64,000 nt of DNA from Candidatus Marinacidobacterales bacterium (GCA_965237955.1 OZ250169.1:6144001-6208000), one strand, 5' to 3'. Positions 1-9,808 are shown, counted from the stretch's first letter. Numbers and translations: made by a program. The notes: a model not told the origin generated them from the sequence alone.

Positions 1-1036
1 ACAGGTTCTTGTAGGTCGGATGGGTCTCGACGATGATGGGAGCGCCGTCGGTCGCAGAGTTGTCGACGATTAGATTCACACGGTACGGCAGGAAGCGATC
101 TGCCTGAGCAGCGAGCAGAGCCGCGATTCCGGGCTGACCCGACTGGTCGGGTTTTTGAACGAATTGCTCGAGGTTCTCGAGAACGTCGTGGCGAACGTGC
201 TCGAGAAATTGGTGCACGCGCTCTCCGGAAAACCGCTCCTTGAGCTCGTCGACGCGAGGGTTGATCATTTCCGCGCCAAAACCGTAGACGAGCGCTTTCA
301 ATGCTTCCGAGATCTGACGGTCAGTGTCCCGCGCGTGCTTCAACACGTCCTCGAGCTCGTCGGCGAATCCGTCGCGAACTTTGTCGATGCGCTCGTACTC
401 GTCCCGCTCGATCTCTCCTTCGGCGAGCATTTGCTCGAGCTCTTCACCAGGACGCGGCTTTTTGTCGACGATGGGGGCGAGCTCGGTTTTCGTCATCGGG
501 CCGAAACGAATCTCGACGAGTACGAAGTTCTCCTTCTTGATGCGCTCCTCGAACTCTTTGATGACGGCGCGCCCCTTTTTGCCTTCTCGTTCGATGAGCT
601 GCGTTCGCCGTTGCTTGAACTCGTCGGACTCGAGGACGGCGGGCACGGTGCGCTCGAGATACTCGACGAGCGCATTCATTTGCTTCCGTAGCCGCGCGCC
701 TTCTCCAGGCGGCATGTAGAGCACCGTCGGGCAATCAGGGTCGTCGAAGTTGTGAACGTAGCAGATGTCTTGCGGGACGGTTTCTTTATCCGCGATCCTC
801 TCGAGGATACTCTTTACCGTCGTTTCCTTCCCGGTACCGGTGAGGCCTTGCACGAGAATGTTGTATCCGCGCGATGGCACGGAAAGACCGATGTGAATCG
901 CTTTGATCGCTCGGTCCTGTCCAATAATGTCGAATCCGGCGTCGAGCTCTGCCGTCGTCTCGAACGAGAACGATTCGGGCGGGCAACGGTAGCGCAGCTT
1001 GTCGGAAGAAAGCGGTTCTAATTTGGAACTCGGCAC
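1..1036 (-). CDS. Lon-like (LonB/YcbZ-type) AAA ATP-dependent protease, N-terminal part; runs off the left edge
   Basis: Not in the ORF track; translated by hand from GTG at 1036 (RBS AGGAG upstream): IIGQDRAIKAI, Walker A-like GLTGTGKET, DICYVHNFDDP, and PIIVETHPTYKNL at the window edge, all in one open frame. Confidence 0.85.
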   Translation of the reverse strand, partial: MPSSKLEPLSSDKLRYRCPPESFSFETTAELDAGFDIIGQDRAIKAIHIGLSVPSRGYNILVQGLTGTGKETTVKSILERIADKETVPQDICYVHNFDDPDCPTVLYMPPGEGARLRKQMNALVEYLERTVPAVLESDEFKQRRTQLIEREGKKGRAVIKEFEERIKKENFVLVEIRFGPMTKTELAPIVDKKPRPGEELEQMLAEGEIERDEYERIDKVRDGFADELEDVLKHARDTDRQISEALKALVYGFGAEMINPRVDELKERFSGERVHQFLEHVRHDVLENLEQFVQKPDQSGQPGIAALLAAQADRFLPYRVNLIVDNSATDGAPIIVETHPTYKNL

Positions 1037-1111
1037 GTTGTCTCCTGAGCCTTTGGTCGCACGGCCACCGGAACGGGCGGAAGGCACGAGAATGATCTAG
1101 CATTCGTAGGC

Positions 1112-2425
1112 ATGGTTTCAAGGGCGTCACCGGCGAGGAGGGCAGTGTTCGAGGTTCTCACCGGTGTGGCGAACCGACGCGGCGAGCCGGCGACTCTCCT
1201 CCACCACGCCCGCCACGATTCCCTCTCGAGCGTCGACCGGGATCTGATGACCGAGATCACCTACGGTGTCCTTCGATGGCGTAACCGGCTGGACTTCGTG
1301 CTCGCCGCTCACAGCAATCGCCCTCTCGAGAAGATCGACGACGTTCCGCTCACCGCGCTCCGCATGGGACTCTACCAGCTTCGTTTCTTGAACCGGGTGC
1401 CAGGACGCGCCGCGGTGGACGAGTCCGTGCGGCTCGCGCACACCTTCGGGGCTTCCTGGGCGGCGTCCTTCGTCAACGCGGTACTCCGGAAAGCGTTAAG
1501 CCAGCCGGACGAGCCGCGGCCTCCACGCAAACGAGACGACCCGCTCGGCTACCTGACCACGACGCTCTCACACCCAAAGTGGCTCGCGCGACGATACCTC
1601 GACCGCCTCGGGATCGAAGATGCAGAAGCCCGTTGTCGATGTCAGAACGAACCGCCCCCCGTGCACGTTCGCGTGTCACCGCCGCTTTTGGTCGAGGATG
1701 CGCGCGCATCGCTCGAAGCAGACGGCGTGATGAGCGAGTCGGTCTCGCTCGCGCCAAAAGCGCTGCGCGTTTCTGGCGGCGAGCTCCGAGAGAGCTCGCT
1801 CTACCGAGGGGGTCAACTCTGCATTCAGGATGCCGGGGCACAGCTGGTGTCGACGCTCCTCGACGTCTCATCGGGCGACGTCGTTCTCGACGTGTGCGCC
1901 GCACCCGGCGGCAAAGCGACGGCTTTGGCGGAGCAGACGTCCGACGGCTATGTGCTGGCACTCGACCGCCGTCACCGCCGCCAAGCTTTGACGCGCGCGC
2001 TCGCCATGCGCCTCGGCACAAAAAACGTGCTGCCGGTAACCGCCGATGGAACCCGGCTGCCGGTTGCGCGAAGTTTCGAACGAATCCTCGTCGACGTGCC
2101 GTGCACGAACCTGGGGACGTTGCGGCGCAATCCAGATATCAAATGGCGGGTCAAGGAGGACGATTTGACGCGCCACCGAGCTTTGCAACGCGAGCTGTTG
2201 ACCGCGGCCGCCGAGAAGCTCGCGCCCGGTGGTCGACTCGTGTACGCAACGTGCTCATCCGAGCCCGAGGAGAACCAGGACGTAGTGGACGCGTTCTTAG
2301 CGGATGAGCCCGGGTTTCGTCTCGTGCCCCCGCCGGTTCTCGCGACCAGCGAAGGCTTTTTCGAAACGCGGCCGGAGCGCGATGATACCGATGCTCACTT
2401 TGCGGCAATCTTGACCCGGGCGTGA
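1112..2425 (+). CDS. rsmB: 16S rRNA m5C967 methyltransferase RsmB (Sun/Fmu)
   Basis: NusB-like N-terminus, DVCAAPGGKA, ILVDVPC..LGTLRRNPDIKW, VYATCS..PEEN motifs. Confidence 0.93.
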   Translation: MVSRASPARRAVFEVLTGVANRRGEPATLLHHARHDSLSSVDRDLMTEITYGVLRWRNRLDFVLAAHSNRPLEKIDDVPLTALRMGLYQLRFLNRVPGRAAVDESVRLAHTFGASWAASFVNAVLRKALSQPDEPRPPRKRDDPLGYLTTTLSHPKWLARRYLDRLGIEDAEARCRCQNEPPPVHVRVSPPLLVEDARASLEADGVMSESVSLAPKALRVSGGELRESSLYRGGQLCIQDAGAQLVSTLLDVSSGDVVLDVCAAPGGKATALAEQTSDGYVLALDRRHRRQALTRALAMRLGTKNVLPVTADGTRLPVARSFERILVDVPCTNLGTLRRNPDIKWRVKEDDLTRHRALQRELLTAAAEKLAPGGRLVYATCSSEPEENQDVVDAFLADEPGFRLVPPPVLATSEGFFETRPERDDTDAHFAAILTRA

Positions 2426-2450
2426 GGCGGGATCGTCAGGAGATCTCTTG

Positions 2451-2564
2451 CCCTTGCCCCTGCCCATCCCCGCCTCGAACCGGCACGCGAGCTGTCGTTT
2501 TGGCACCGTTTCCGCTTTGGACAGCGATGGCGCAGGTCGGAACGGGGACGGGCAGGGGCAAGGG
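2451..2564. repeat. Intergenic inverted repeat built from CCC(T/C)TG-like hexamers (REP/MITE-like)
   Basis: CCCTTGCCCCTGCCCATCCCCG (2451-2472) vs CGGGGACGGGCAGGGGCAAGGG (2543-2564): 21/22 complementary, about 70 nt spacer. Confidence 0.75.
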
Positions 2565-2590
2565 ATGGACGCCTGAGATAACATAGTGGC

Positions 2591-3436
2591 GTGAGCGGCG
2601 AGAACGAGGCGGGAGAGCGAGTCCTGGAGCGACCAGCCTCGAAAACAGCGCCAAAACAAGGGCGGGGTCGGGCTGCGGGGTCGACGGCGAAAAGCAAGAG
2701 GAAGCGGGTGCGCACCTTTTTCGTGCGCGTGGTCGAGGTTTTAGCGATTGCTGGAGCCCTTCTAGCCACGGCGGTTCTCGCCGCGGCGATCTCGTTCTCG
2801 CTCGCCGTGCGCAGCAACGAGGTCACCGTTCCCGACCTGACCGGCAACAGCCTCGAAGGCGCCCGGGAGACGTTGAGCCTCACCGAGCTTCAACTGGTGC
2901 TCTCGGGCAATCGATTCCACGAGTCGATACCGCCCGATTTCATCGCCATCCAGACACCCGCGCCTGGAGCGACGCTCAAGAAGGGCCGCTCGATTCGCGT
3001 GTGGGTCAGCCTCGGTCGGAAGCGCCGCACGGTTCCGCGGATCGAAGGCGAGACGCTGCAATCCGCCCAGCTGATATTGGAGCAGTCCGGTTTCAGTCTC
3101 GGCCGTGTGGTCGAGATCCACAGCGACATCTACGCACCCGACACCGTCGTCGCCCAAGTCCCCCAAGCCTACGAAGAGGTGGGCGATGAAAGCGTCGTCT
3201 CGGTACTCTTGTCGCGCGGCTATCTCGATAGTGCGTTCGTGATGCCCGATTTCATCGGCCGGGACTACGTCGACCTCCTCCAGCACCTGAGCCGTGGTCC
3301 GCTGAAGGTATCTCGAGTCCGAAACGTCGACTATCCTGGTGTCCCCAAGAACATCGTTGTCCGGCAAACGCCACCGGCGGGCACGAAAGTGTACCGTCGC
3401 GACCGTATTATTCTATATTTGAGCAAAGGCCCCTAA
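2591..3436 (+). CDS. Membrane-anchored triple-PASTA domain protein
   Basis: One TM helix, then three repeats VPDLTG/VPRIEG/MPDFIG ... QTP.PG ... LS.G; located between rsmB and rpe. Confidence 0.88.
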   Translation: MSGENEAGERVLERPASKTAPKQGRGRAAGSTAKSKRKRVRTFFVRVVEVLAIAGALLATAVLAAAISFSLAVRSNEVTVPDLTGNSLEGARETLSLTELQLVLSGNRFHESIPPDFIAIQTPAPGATLKKGRSIRVWVSLGRKRRTVPRIEGETLQSAQLILEQSGFSLGRVVEIHSDIYAPDTVVAQVPQAYEEVGDESVVSVLLSRGYLDSAFVMPDFIGRDYVDLLQHLSRGPLKVSRVRNVDYPGVPKNIVVRQTPPAGTKVYRRDRIILYLSKGP

Positions 3437-3448
3437 GAGAAAGTCCCC

Positions 3449-4102
3449 ATGCGTATCGCTCCTTCGATCCTGTCCGCGGATTTTTCGAAGCTCGCCTCGG
3501 AAATCGAGCGCGTGGAGGCAGCGGGCGCGGGCCAACTCCACTTGGACGTCATGGACGGACACTACGTGCCGAACCTGACGTTCGGTCCGATGATCGTCGA
3601 GGCGGTGCGGCGTACGACGACGCTCCCGCTCGACGTGCACTTGATGATCGAGCACGCCGACCGCTTTGTGGAGTCGTACGTGGACGCTGGTGCCGACATG
3701 GTCGCCGTCCACCCGGAAACGCTCTACCACCCGCACTTGACGCTCACCTCGATTCGAAAGCGCGGCAAGAAAGCCGGTATCGCGCTGAACCCGGGGACAT
3801 CCCTATCCGCAATCGAAGATCTCCTGCCGATCGTCGACTACGCCATCATCATGTCGGTGAACCCGGGCTGGGGCGGCCAGAAATTTATCGAAGGCAGCTT
3901 CGAACGCGCACGACGGTTGCGGCAACTCGCGGTCGACGCCGGGACGTCGCTCAGCATAGAGATCGACGGCGGCATGAATGCAGAGCGAGTTCCGCAAGCG
4001 GCTGCTGCCGGCATCGACGTCGTCATCGCCGGCTCCGCGGTGTTCAAGGCGGACGATCCGGCCGCCGTCATTTCCGACATGCTCCAAGCCGCATCCGTCT
4101 GA
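3449..4102 (+). CDS. rpe: Ribulose-phosphate 3-epimerase
   Basis: IAPSILSADF, HLDVMDGHYVPNLTFG, DVHLMI, MSVNPG.GGQ, IEIDGG. Confidence 0.97.
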   Translation: MRIAPSILSADFSKLASEIERVEAAGAGQLHLDVMDGHYVPNLTFGPMIVEAVRRTTTLPLDVHLMIEHADRFVESYVDAGADMVAVHPETLYHPHLTLTSIRKRGKKAGIALNPGTSLSAIEDLLPIVDYAIIMSVNPGWGGQKFIEGSFERARRLRQLAVDAGTSLSIEIDGGMNAERVPQAAAAGIDVVIAGSAVFKADDPAAVISDMLQAASV

Positions 4103-4110
4103 ACACGACC

Positions 4111-4257
4111 TTGCACGAGACCAGCTGCCGAGTCCGTGTGCGCTACGCTGAAACCGGCGCCATGGGTGTCGTCTACTACTCGACGCTTCATGTCGCGACC
4201 AACGAGAACGGAAAACCTTGCCGCCTTCCCACAAAGCTGACGGAGCTCTTCGAATGA
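4111..4257 (+). pseudogene. YbgC/4HBT-type acyl-CoA thioesterase remnant with large in-frame internal deletion
   Basis: 48-codon ORF (TTG start): HETSCRVRVRYAETGAMGVVYYS|TLHVATNENGKPCRLPTKLTELFE. These are the N- and C-terminal motifs of the hot-dog thioesterase family joined directly; the stop overlaps the next ATG (ATGA). Confidence 0.75.
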
Positions 4258-5189
4258 GATCGCTGGTCACCGGCGTAGCCGGCTTCATTGGCTCTACGCT
4301 CGCGGAGACGCTCGTCGAGCGCGGCGACAGCGTCATCGGTATCGATTCTTTTCTCGACTACTACGATCGCGCCATCAAGGAGCGAAACCTGGAGACGCTT
4401 TTGACGGGCGACAACTTCGAGCTCGTCGAGGGAGCACTCCAGGACGTCGACATTCACGAGATTCTCGGGCGGTGCGACCGCGTGTTCCATCTCGCCGCAC
4501 AGGCGGGGGTACGTGCAAGCTGGGGCACCGAGTTCTCGATCTACACGACGAACAACATTCTTGCGACCCAACGGCTCCTGGAAGCGGCGGTCAAGACCGA
4601 CATCCGAGCGTTCGTGTTCGCGTCGTCATCGTCGGTCTACGGCGACAAGGCGGAGCTTCCCATGCGCGAGGACGTACCACTCCACCCGGTGTCCCCGTAC
4701 GGCGTGAGTAAGCTCGCCGCCGAAAAACTCGTTGAGCTCTACCACGTGAACCACGAGCTGCACACCGCCTCGCTTCGATACTTCACTGTGTACGGACCGC
4801 GTCAGAGACCCGACATGGCGTTCCACCGGCTCCTTTGGAGCGCCTCGACCGATGAGACGTTCCCCCTGTTCGGCGACGGTCGCCAGACCCGCGACTTCAC
4901 GTTCGTCACCGATGCGGTGGCCGCGACCATCGCCGCGGCCGAACGGAGCCGCGCCGGAGCGGTGTACAACATCGGTGGGGGCTCGCGCGTATCCATGCTC
5001 GACGTCATCGAGACGATCGAGTCGGTCACGGGTAAGACACTGCGCATCGATTCAAAGCCGTGGCAAAAAGGTGACATGCGCGATACCTACGCCGACACCA
5101 GCGCCGCCCGGAGCGATTTGGACTACCGCCCGCACACCGCGCTCCGCGACGGCTTGAGCCTCGAGTGGGAGTGGATCCAGAGCCTGTGA
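4254..5189 (+). CDS. NAD-dependent epimerase/dehydratase (UDP-glucuronate/UDP-glucose 4-epimerase-like)
   Basis: LVTGVAGFIGS, HLAAQAGVRAS, ASSSSVYG, YGVSK (YxxxK), TVYGPRQRPDMAF; true start likely ATG at 4254. Confidence 0.92.
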   Translation: MRSLVTGVAGFIGSTLAETLVERGDSVIGIDSFLDYYDRAIKERNLETLLTGDNFELVEGALQDVDIHEILGRCDRVFHLAAQAGVRASWGTEFSIYTTNNILATQRLLEAAVKTDIRAFVFASSSSVYGDKAELPMREDVPLHPVSPYGVSKLAAEKLVELYHVNHELHTASLRYFTVYGPRQRPDMAFHRLLWSASTDETFPLFGDGRQTRDFTFVTDAVAATIAAAERSRAGAVYNIGGGSRVSMLDVIETIESVTGKTLRIDSKPWQKGDMRDTYADTSAARSDLDYRPHTALRDGLSLEWEWIQSL

Positions 5190-5326
5190 CGGGCCCTTAC
5201 ACCGAGGAATCCGCGATTGGCGTTGCGACGCCTGGCCCGCTCGTCTATTCTGGTGTCCGACCTGGCGTCCGACCTGGTATCCGAAATGACGCGGGGTTAA
5301 CGGAACGTTCGAACGAAAAAAAACCG

Positions 5327-6130
5327 ATGAAGCCCAGAGTCATGCCGTTCGCCTTGTTGGCTGCATTGCTCGCCCTGAGCATCAGCTGCGGTGGCAAATC
5401 CAACGAGACGATCTCGGCCACCGCACAAGGTGACGAGCGACTCATGGCTCTTGGCCGGCAAGCGCTCGAGAACAAAAAGTGGGACGAAGCGCGCGGCTAC
5501 CTCCAACAACTCCTCGACGGCTATCCCCGCAGCCAACTCGCAGGCGATGCGCGCCTCGGAGTCGCAGACTCCTACTTCAACCAGAGCGGCAGGGGTAATC
5601 TCATCCTCGCGATCGCCGACTACCGGGATTTCCTGACGTTTTTCCCGAACCATCCGCGCGCCGACTACGCGCAGTATCAAATCGCTTCGGGACACTACCG
5701 CCAAGTGCAAAGCCCGGACCGCGACCAGGAACCGACCGAGCTCGCGGTGGAAGAGTTCGAGAAACTCATCGAGCTCTACCGGAACTCACGATACGCCGAG
5801 GAAGGGCGCGTGATTCTAGCGGAGTGCTACGAACTACTCGCTGAGTCCGAGTTCCGCATCGGCGTGTTCTACCTGAAGATCCGGAAACACTGCCGCGCGT
5901 CCATCCCGCGGTTGCAGGCGGTCATCGAGAAGTACCCGACGTTTACGAAAATGGACGAAGTCCACTTTCGGCTAGGCTCCGCCTACCAGTTCTGCCGCCA
6001 GCCGAACGAGGCCCTTCCTCATTTCCGTCAGGTCGTCGACAGTTTTCCTGATAGCGAATATCGCGAGGAGGCGCAGACCATCCTCGCGACGCTCGCCACC
6101 GAGCCGGCTCCCCCCGGCAAAGCGAAGTAA
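5327..6130 (+). CDS. bamD: Outer membrane protein assembly factor BamD (TPR lipoprotein)
   Basis: Lipobox LSISC; F...FP.HP..DYA.Y, PDRDQEPT, YRNSRYA motifs typical of BamD/ComL. Confidence 0.88.
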   Translation: MKPRVMPFALLAALLALSISCGGKSNETISATAQGDERLMALGRQALENKKWDEARGYLQQLLDGYPRSQLAGDARLGVADSYFNQSGRGNLILAIADYRDFLTFFPNHPRADYAQYQIASGHYRQVQSPDRDQEPTELAVEEFEKLIELYRNSRYAEEGRVILAECYELLAESEFRIGVFYLKIRKHCRASIPRLQAVIEKYPTFTKMDEVHFRLGSAYQFCRQPNEALPHFRQVVDSFPDSEYREEAQTILATLATEPAPPGKAK

Positions 6131-6268
6131 GGCCAAATAATCCTCGCGCCAACCCTCAAGTAGCACTTTAACCATTCTCGCAAAAACAGCTTGACACTTG
6201 CGAGATCGAGTTGCTGCAGTATTCATGCATCTTCGTTCCAATTCCATGTGGAGGTACGCCGTGATGAC

Positions 6269-7411
6269 GTGCGCATCTCGGCCGTCTATGGACGTCCGAT
6301 TCCCTTGACCGCCTTCGTGCTTAGCGCCGTTTTTCTTCTGCTAGTGGCCTTCCCGGCCGTTTCCCAGGAGACGGGCAGCGAGATCACGGTGCCCAGTCAC
6401 TGGTCTCGCTACCAAGCCCCGACGAGCTATCCCGAAGGCACCGAGATCCACATTATTGTGGAAGGTGACACGCTCTGGGATCTCGCCGGACGGTATTTCG
6501 AAAATCCTTTTCTGTGGCCCCAGCTTTGGGACGCCAACCGCTACGTCGAGAACCCCCACTTGATCTATCCCGGAGACCCTCTCAGCATTCCAGACCTCGA
6601 CGTCATCCGCCCCGAAGCAATCGCCGCGGGTGAGACCGGGCCGGGTGGCCCGGGAGGTGCTCCGGGCGGAGCTGGCACCGGTCCAGGCGGAGCGCCCGGC
6701 GCTGGACCAGGCGGCTTGCCGGGAACCGGAGCCCAGGGACCGGCCTTCTATCCCGCCTACGAAGAACAGACGATCGCGTGCGCCGGCTACATTGGGCCGC
6801 GAGAAAATGAGGACATGCGTATCGTGGGCAGCGAGGAAGGTGATGTCAAAGTCGCGCTCGCGAGCTCGGATATCGTCTACATCAACAAAGGGACCAACGA
6901 CGGTGTCAGCCCCGGCGACCGTTTCTTCGTCCAGAGGCGAGTTTCTTTCGGCTGGGGACTCAGCGGCGCGCACATCGTCCGCTCCGGCGGGGTCGTTGTC
7001 CTCGCCGCCCAAGAAAACAGCGCGATGGCGGAAGTCACCGCGTCGTGCACCGACATGTGGATCGGCGACTACCTGATACCGTTCGAGCCGATTCCCGTGC
7101 CTTTGCTCCCGAAGCAACCGATCGCCACCAGGTTGACGCCGGAGACCGGACAGATGCGGGGGGAGATCGTCGCTTCGCTCGACGAGATCGGGTCTCTCGC
7201 TGAAGGCTATCTCGTCAGCATCGACCTCGGTGAGGGAGACGGGGTGGTTCCCGGCAACATCTTTACGGTGTTCCGGTACATATACCCCGATGCGCCGCGA
7301 AGAGTTCTCGGCGAGCTCGCCATTCTCACCGTGCAGCGAGACAACGCAACGGCGCGCATCATGGCGAGCTACGACTTCATGGTCGTGGGGGATTTGATCG
7401 AGCTGAAATAA
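6269..7411 (+). CDS. Secreted LysM peptidoglycan-binding protein (TsaP/LysM-FlgT-C-like) with Gly/Pro linker
   Basis: Signal peptide, LysM HIIVEGDTLWDLAGRYFENPFLWPQLWDAN..VENPHLIYPG, GP-rich linker, two IDLG.GDGV.PG-like beta domains; start uncertain. Confidence 0.82.
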   Translation: MRISAVYGRPIPLTAFVLSAVFLLLVAFPAVSQETGSEITVPSHWSRYQAPTSYPEGTEIHIIVEGDTLWDLAGRYFENPFLWPQLWDANRYVENPHLIYPGDPLSIPDLDVIRPEAIAAGETGPGGPGGAPGGAGTGPGGAPGAGPGGLPGTGAQGPAFYPAYEEQTIACAGYIGPRENEDMRIVGSEEGDVKVALASSDIVYINKGTNDGVSPGDRFFVQRRVSFGWGLSGAHIVRSGGVVVLAAQENSAMAEVTASCTDMWIGDYLIPFEPIPVPLLPKQPIATRLTPETGQMRGEIVASLDEIGSLAEGYLVSIDLGEGDGVVPGNIFTVFRYIYPDAPRRVLGELAILTVQRDNATARIMASYDFMVVGDLIELK

Positions 7412-7429
7412 CTCGAAAGCTTGGGGCTC

Positions 7430-7783
7430 TCAGGGGCGCGCTAGCTTCGCCTCGCTCCAGGTGTCGCCTAGATGCACCGACGGACCGTCTTCGGTGACGA
7501 GAACGTCTCCGGGAACGAGCTCTCGCAGCAAACGATCGCCCAACTTGCGAAACTCGGGCGACGACAAACTGAGCCCTACCACTTCCCACGGCGGAAACGC
7601 GGTGAACCGCAGCTCAACGAGCGCCTTCCACTGCGTGCCCGGCCGCGCGTCGAACTCGAGAACATCGACCCATTGAGGGCGCTTCGCTCCGAGCAAGACG
7701 CCCTTCTCTCCGGCGAGCGCGCGCTGGGCGTCCGGGCCTACATAGACTCGAGGGACCGTTTCTACCAAGCGAAACCGCTTCAC
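7430..7783 (-). CDS. Hypothetical protein translationally coupled to pgsA
   Basis: GTG start overlaps the pgsA stop (GTGA); 117 aa, globular-looking. Confidence 0.6.
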   Translation of the reverse strand: MKRFRLVETVPRVYVGPDAQRALAGEKGVLLGAKRPQWVDVLEFDARPGTQWKALVELRFTAFPPWEVVGLSLSSPEFRKLGDRLLRELVPGDVLVTEDGPSVHLGDTWSEAKLARP

Positions 7784-8349
7784 GCCTGACTCTCTGCGGG
7801 AGCGTCCGCGCCCGAGACCTTCTTGTAGAACCGAAGGAAATAGTCGAGCCCCGATACGAGCGCGAGGAGCACGGTGACCCACAGCGCAACGGGTGCGACC
7901 GCGGCCACCGGCCCGAGGAACTTGTCACCGAGGATCAGTAGCAATATCGCAACCACTTGTGTCGCCATTTTGCCCTTTCCGAGCGGACTCGCCGGGATCG
8001 TAATCCCCTTCTCTATCGCCACCATCCTCAGGCCCATCACCGCGAACTCACGCCCGACGATGACGACAACCATCCAAGCCGGTGCCAGTCCCATCTGAAC
8101 GAGGCTGATGAACGCGGCGGAGATGAGCATCTTGTCAGCGACTGGATCCAACATGATGCCGAGCGTCGTAATCTGCTTGCGGCGGCGCGCCAAATACCCG
8201 TCGAGCCAGTCGGTGAGAGCCGCCACCGCGAAAATGGCGGCGCCAATGAGCTCCCAGCGCTCGGTACGCGTCAGCAAGACGACGACGAGAAGAGGCACGA
8301 GAAAGATGCGGCTCAACGTGAGGGTGTTCGGAAGATTGGGGCGCGTCAT
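7780..8349 (-). CDS. pgsA: CDP-diacylglycerol--glycerol-3-phosphate 3-phosphatidyltransferase
   Basis: NLPNTLTLSR, TDWLDGYLARR...T.LG..LDPVADK CDP-alcohol phosphotransferase motif. Confidence 0.95.
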   Translation of the reverse strand: MTRPNLPNTLTLSRIFLVPLLVVVLLTRTERWELIGAAIFAVAALTDWLDGYLARRRKQITTLGIMLDPVADKMLISAAFISLVQMGLAPAWMVVVIVGREFAVMGLRMVAIEKGITIPASPLGKGKMATQVVAILLLILGDKFLGPVAAVAPVALWVTVLLALVSGLDYFLRFYKKVSGADAPAESQA

Positions 8350-8488
8350 AAAAAGTCGAAAGTAGATGATAACCCACTTCGACGCCCATCTGCCCCCTAG
8401 CGGGTAGCCGCCGCGCGGACCAACGTATCGCACCCCGCACAAGTGTTTATGCTACGATCCGCCCACTTCGAAGGCGGAAACACACTCG

Positions 8489-9559
8489 ATGAACGCTGTC
8501 ATTCTTGCGGGAGGCAAAGGCATTCGGCTGCGGCCCCTGACGCTGAACACGCCTAAACCGATTGTACCGATCCTCACGCGGCCGTTCTTGTCGCTCCAAA
8601 TCGATTTGCTCAAGAAAACGGGAATCGAGAATATCGTGTTGTCGCTCTCCTATCAGCCACGAAGGATCGAAGAGCTCTTCAGCGACGGTAGTGGGCTCGG
8701 CGTCAAGATCCACTACACCATGGAGCCCGAGCCACTCGGTACAGCTGGCGCGGTCAAGAATGCGGAGTCGCTCCTGGGCGGGCGCACAATCGTGTTCAAC
8801 GGGGACGTCTTGAGCGACCTCGACCTCGGCGCGGTGCTACGCTTCCATGAAGAGAACGACGCGAAGTGCACCATCGTCCTCACGCCGGTGGAAAATCCCA
8901 GCGCCTACGGTTTGGTCGAGACGGAATCGAATGGGAGCGTGAAACGTTTTCTCGAGAAGCCGAGCTACGACGAGATCACGTGCGACACCATCAACGCAGG
9001 CGTGTACGTGCTCGAGCCGGAGCTCCTCGACTACATCCCCGAGGGGAAGAACTATTCGTTCGAACGCGGCTTTTTTCCGAGCCTGCTACGCGACAACGTG
9101 CCGTTCTACGCTTATGTTCACCGTGGCTATTGGATCGATATCGGTACGCCGGAGAAATACCTCAAAGTCCACCGGGACATCTTGTCGGGCGCACTGCCCT
9201 TCGAAGGATTCACCCCGAATGCCGGAGGCACCTATGTCGACCCCAAGGCGAGTGTCGAGAGCGGAGCCAAGATTCAAGGCCCGGGCTACATCGGCGATGG
9301 CGTCACCGTCAAGGCGGGCGCCAACCTCGAGCCCTACGCCGTCCTCGGCACGAACTGTCGCATCGAGGAAGGTGCCACCGTCGGCAACTCGGTGCTGTGG
9401 TCCGGCGTCCGCATCGGCGCCGAAGCGCGGGTTCGAGGCGCGCTCGTCGGACGAAACGCCCACATCGGCCGCCACTCCATCGTCGACGGAGGCGTCGTGC
9501 TCGGCGACAAATCCGTTTTAACCGACTACAGTCGCATTACACCCCTGGACGATGGATAG
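8489..9559 (+). CDS. NDP-sugar synthase (mannose-1-phosphate guanylyltransferase-like) with hexapeptide repeats
   Basis: AVILAGGKGIRLRPLT..TPKP, EPLGTAG, NGDVL, FLEKP, WIDIGTP, C-terminal left-handed beta-helix. Confidence 0.9.
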   Translation: MNAVILAGGKGIRLRPLTLNTPKPIVPILTRPFLSLQIDLLKKTGIENIVLSLSYQPRRIEELFSDGSGLGVKIHYTMEPEPLGTAGAVKNAESLLGGRTIVFNGDVLSDLDLGAVLRFHEENDAKCTIVLTPVENPSAYGLVETESNGSVKRFLEKPSYDEITCDTINAGVYVLEPELLDYIPEGKNYSFERGFFPSLLRDNVPFYAYVHRGYWIDIGTPEKYLKVHRDILSGALPFEGFTPNAGGTYVDPKASVESGAKIQGPGYIGDGVTVKAGANLEPYAVLGTNCRIEEGATVGNSVLWSGVRIGAEARVRGALVGRNAHIGRHSIVDGGVVLGDKSVLTDYSRITPLDDG

Positions 9560-9573
9560 TTTCGTCGCGCGGT

Positions 9574-9706
9574 CGCCATCGGCCATCGGCCATCCGCAGG
9601 TCGGCGTCGTACACCGACGACGCTGCCATGAACAAGGTCGTCGAGAGCCTGTTAGCGGACGGCTGGTCGCGGCTAGCTGATGGCTGACGGCTGGTGGCCG
9701 ATGGCG
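9574..9706. repeat. Heptamer-based (GCCATCR) inverted-repeat element
   Basis: CGCCATCGGCCATCGGCCATC on the left; GCTGATGGCTGACGGCTGGTGGCCGATGGCG on the right; internal hairpin GGCGTCGT/ACGACGCT. Confidence 0.7.
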
Positions 9707-9732
9707 GATTTAAGTTATAATCACATGCTCTC

Positions 9733-9808
9733 GCGGGCGTAGCTCAGTTGGTAGAGTACTAGCTTCCCAAGCTTGGTGTCGCGGGTTCGAATCCCGTCGC
9801 CCGCTCCA
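9733..9808 (+). tRNA. tRNA-Gly (anticodon CCC)
   Basis: GCGGGCG acceptor stem, D-arm AGCTCAGTTGGTAGAG, loop TTCCCAA, T-arm GGTTCGAATCCC, encoded CCA; 76 nt. Confidence 0.97.

Noticed and set aside
155-1021. Plus-strand ORFs 155-691 and 752-1021
   Set aside because: Antisense shadows of the minus-strand Lon-like gene.
6191-6222. TTGACA promoter upstream of the LysM gene
   Set aside because: No convincing -10 at 16-18 nt spacing.
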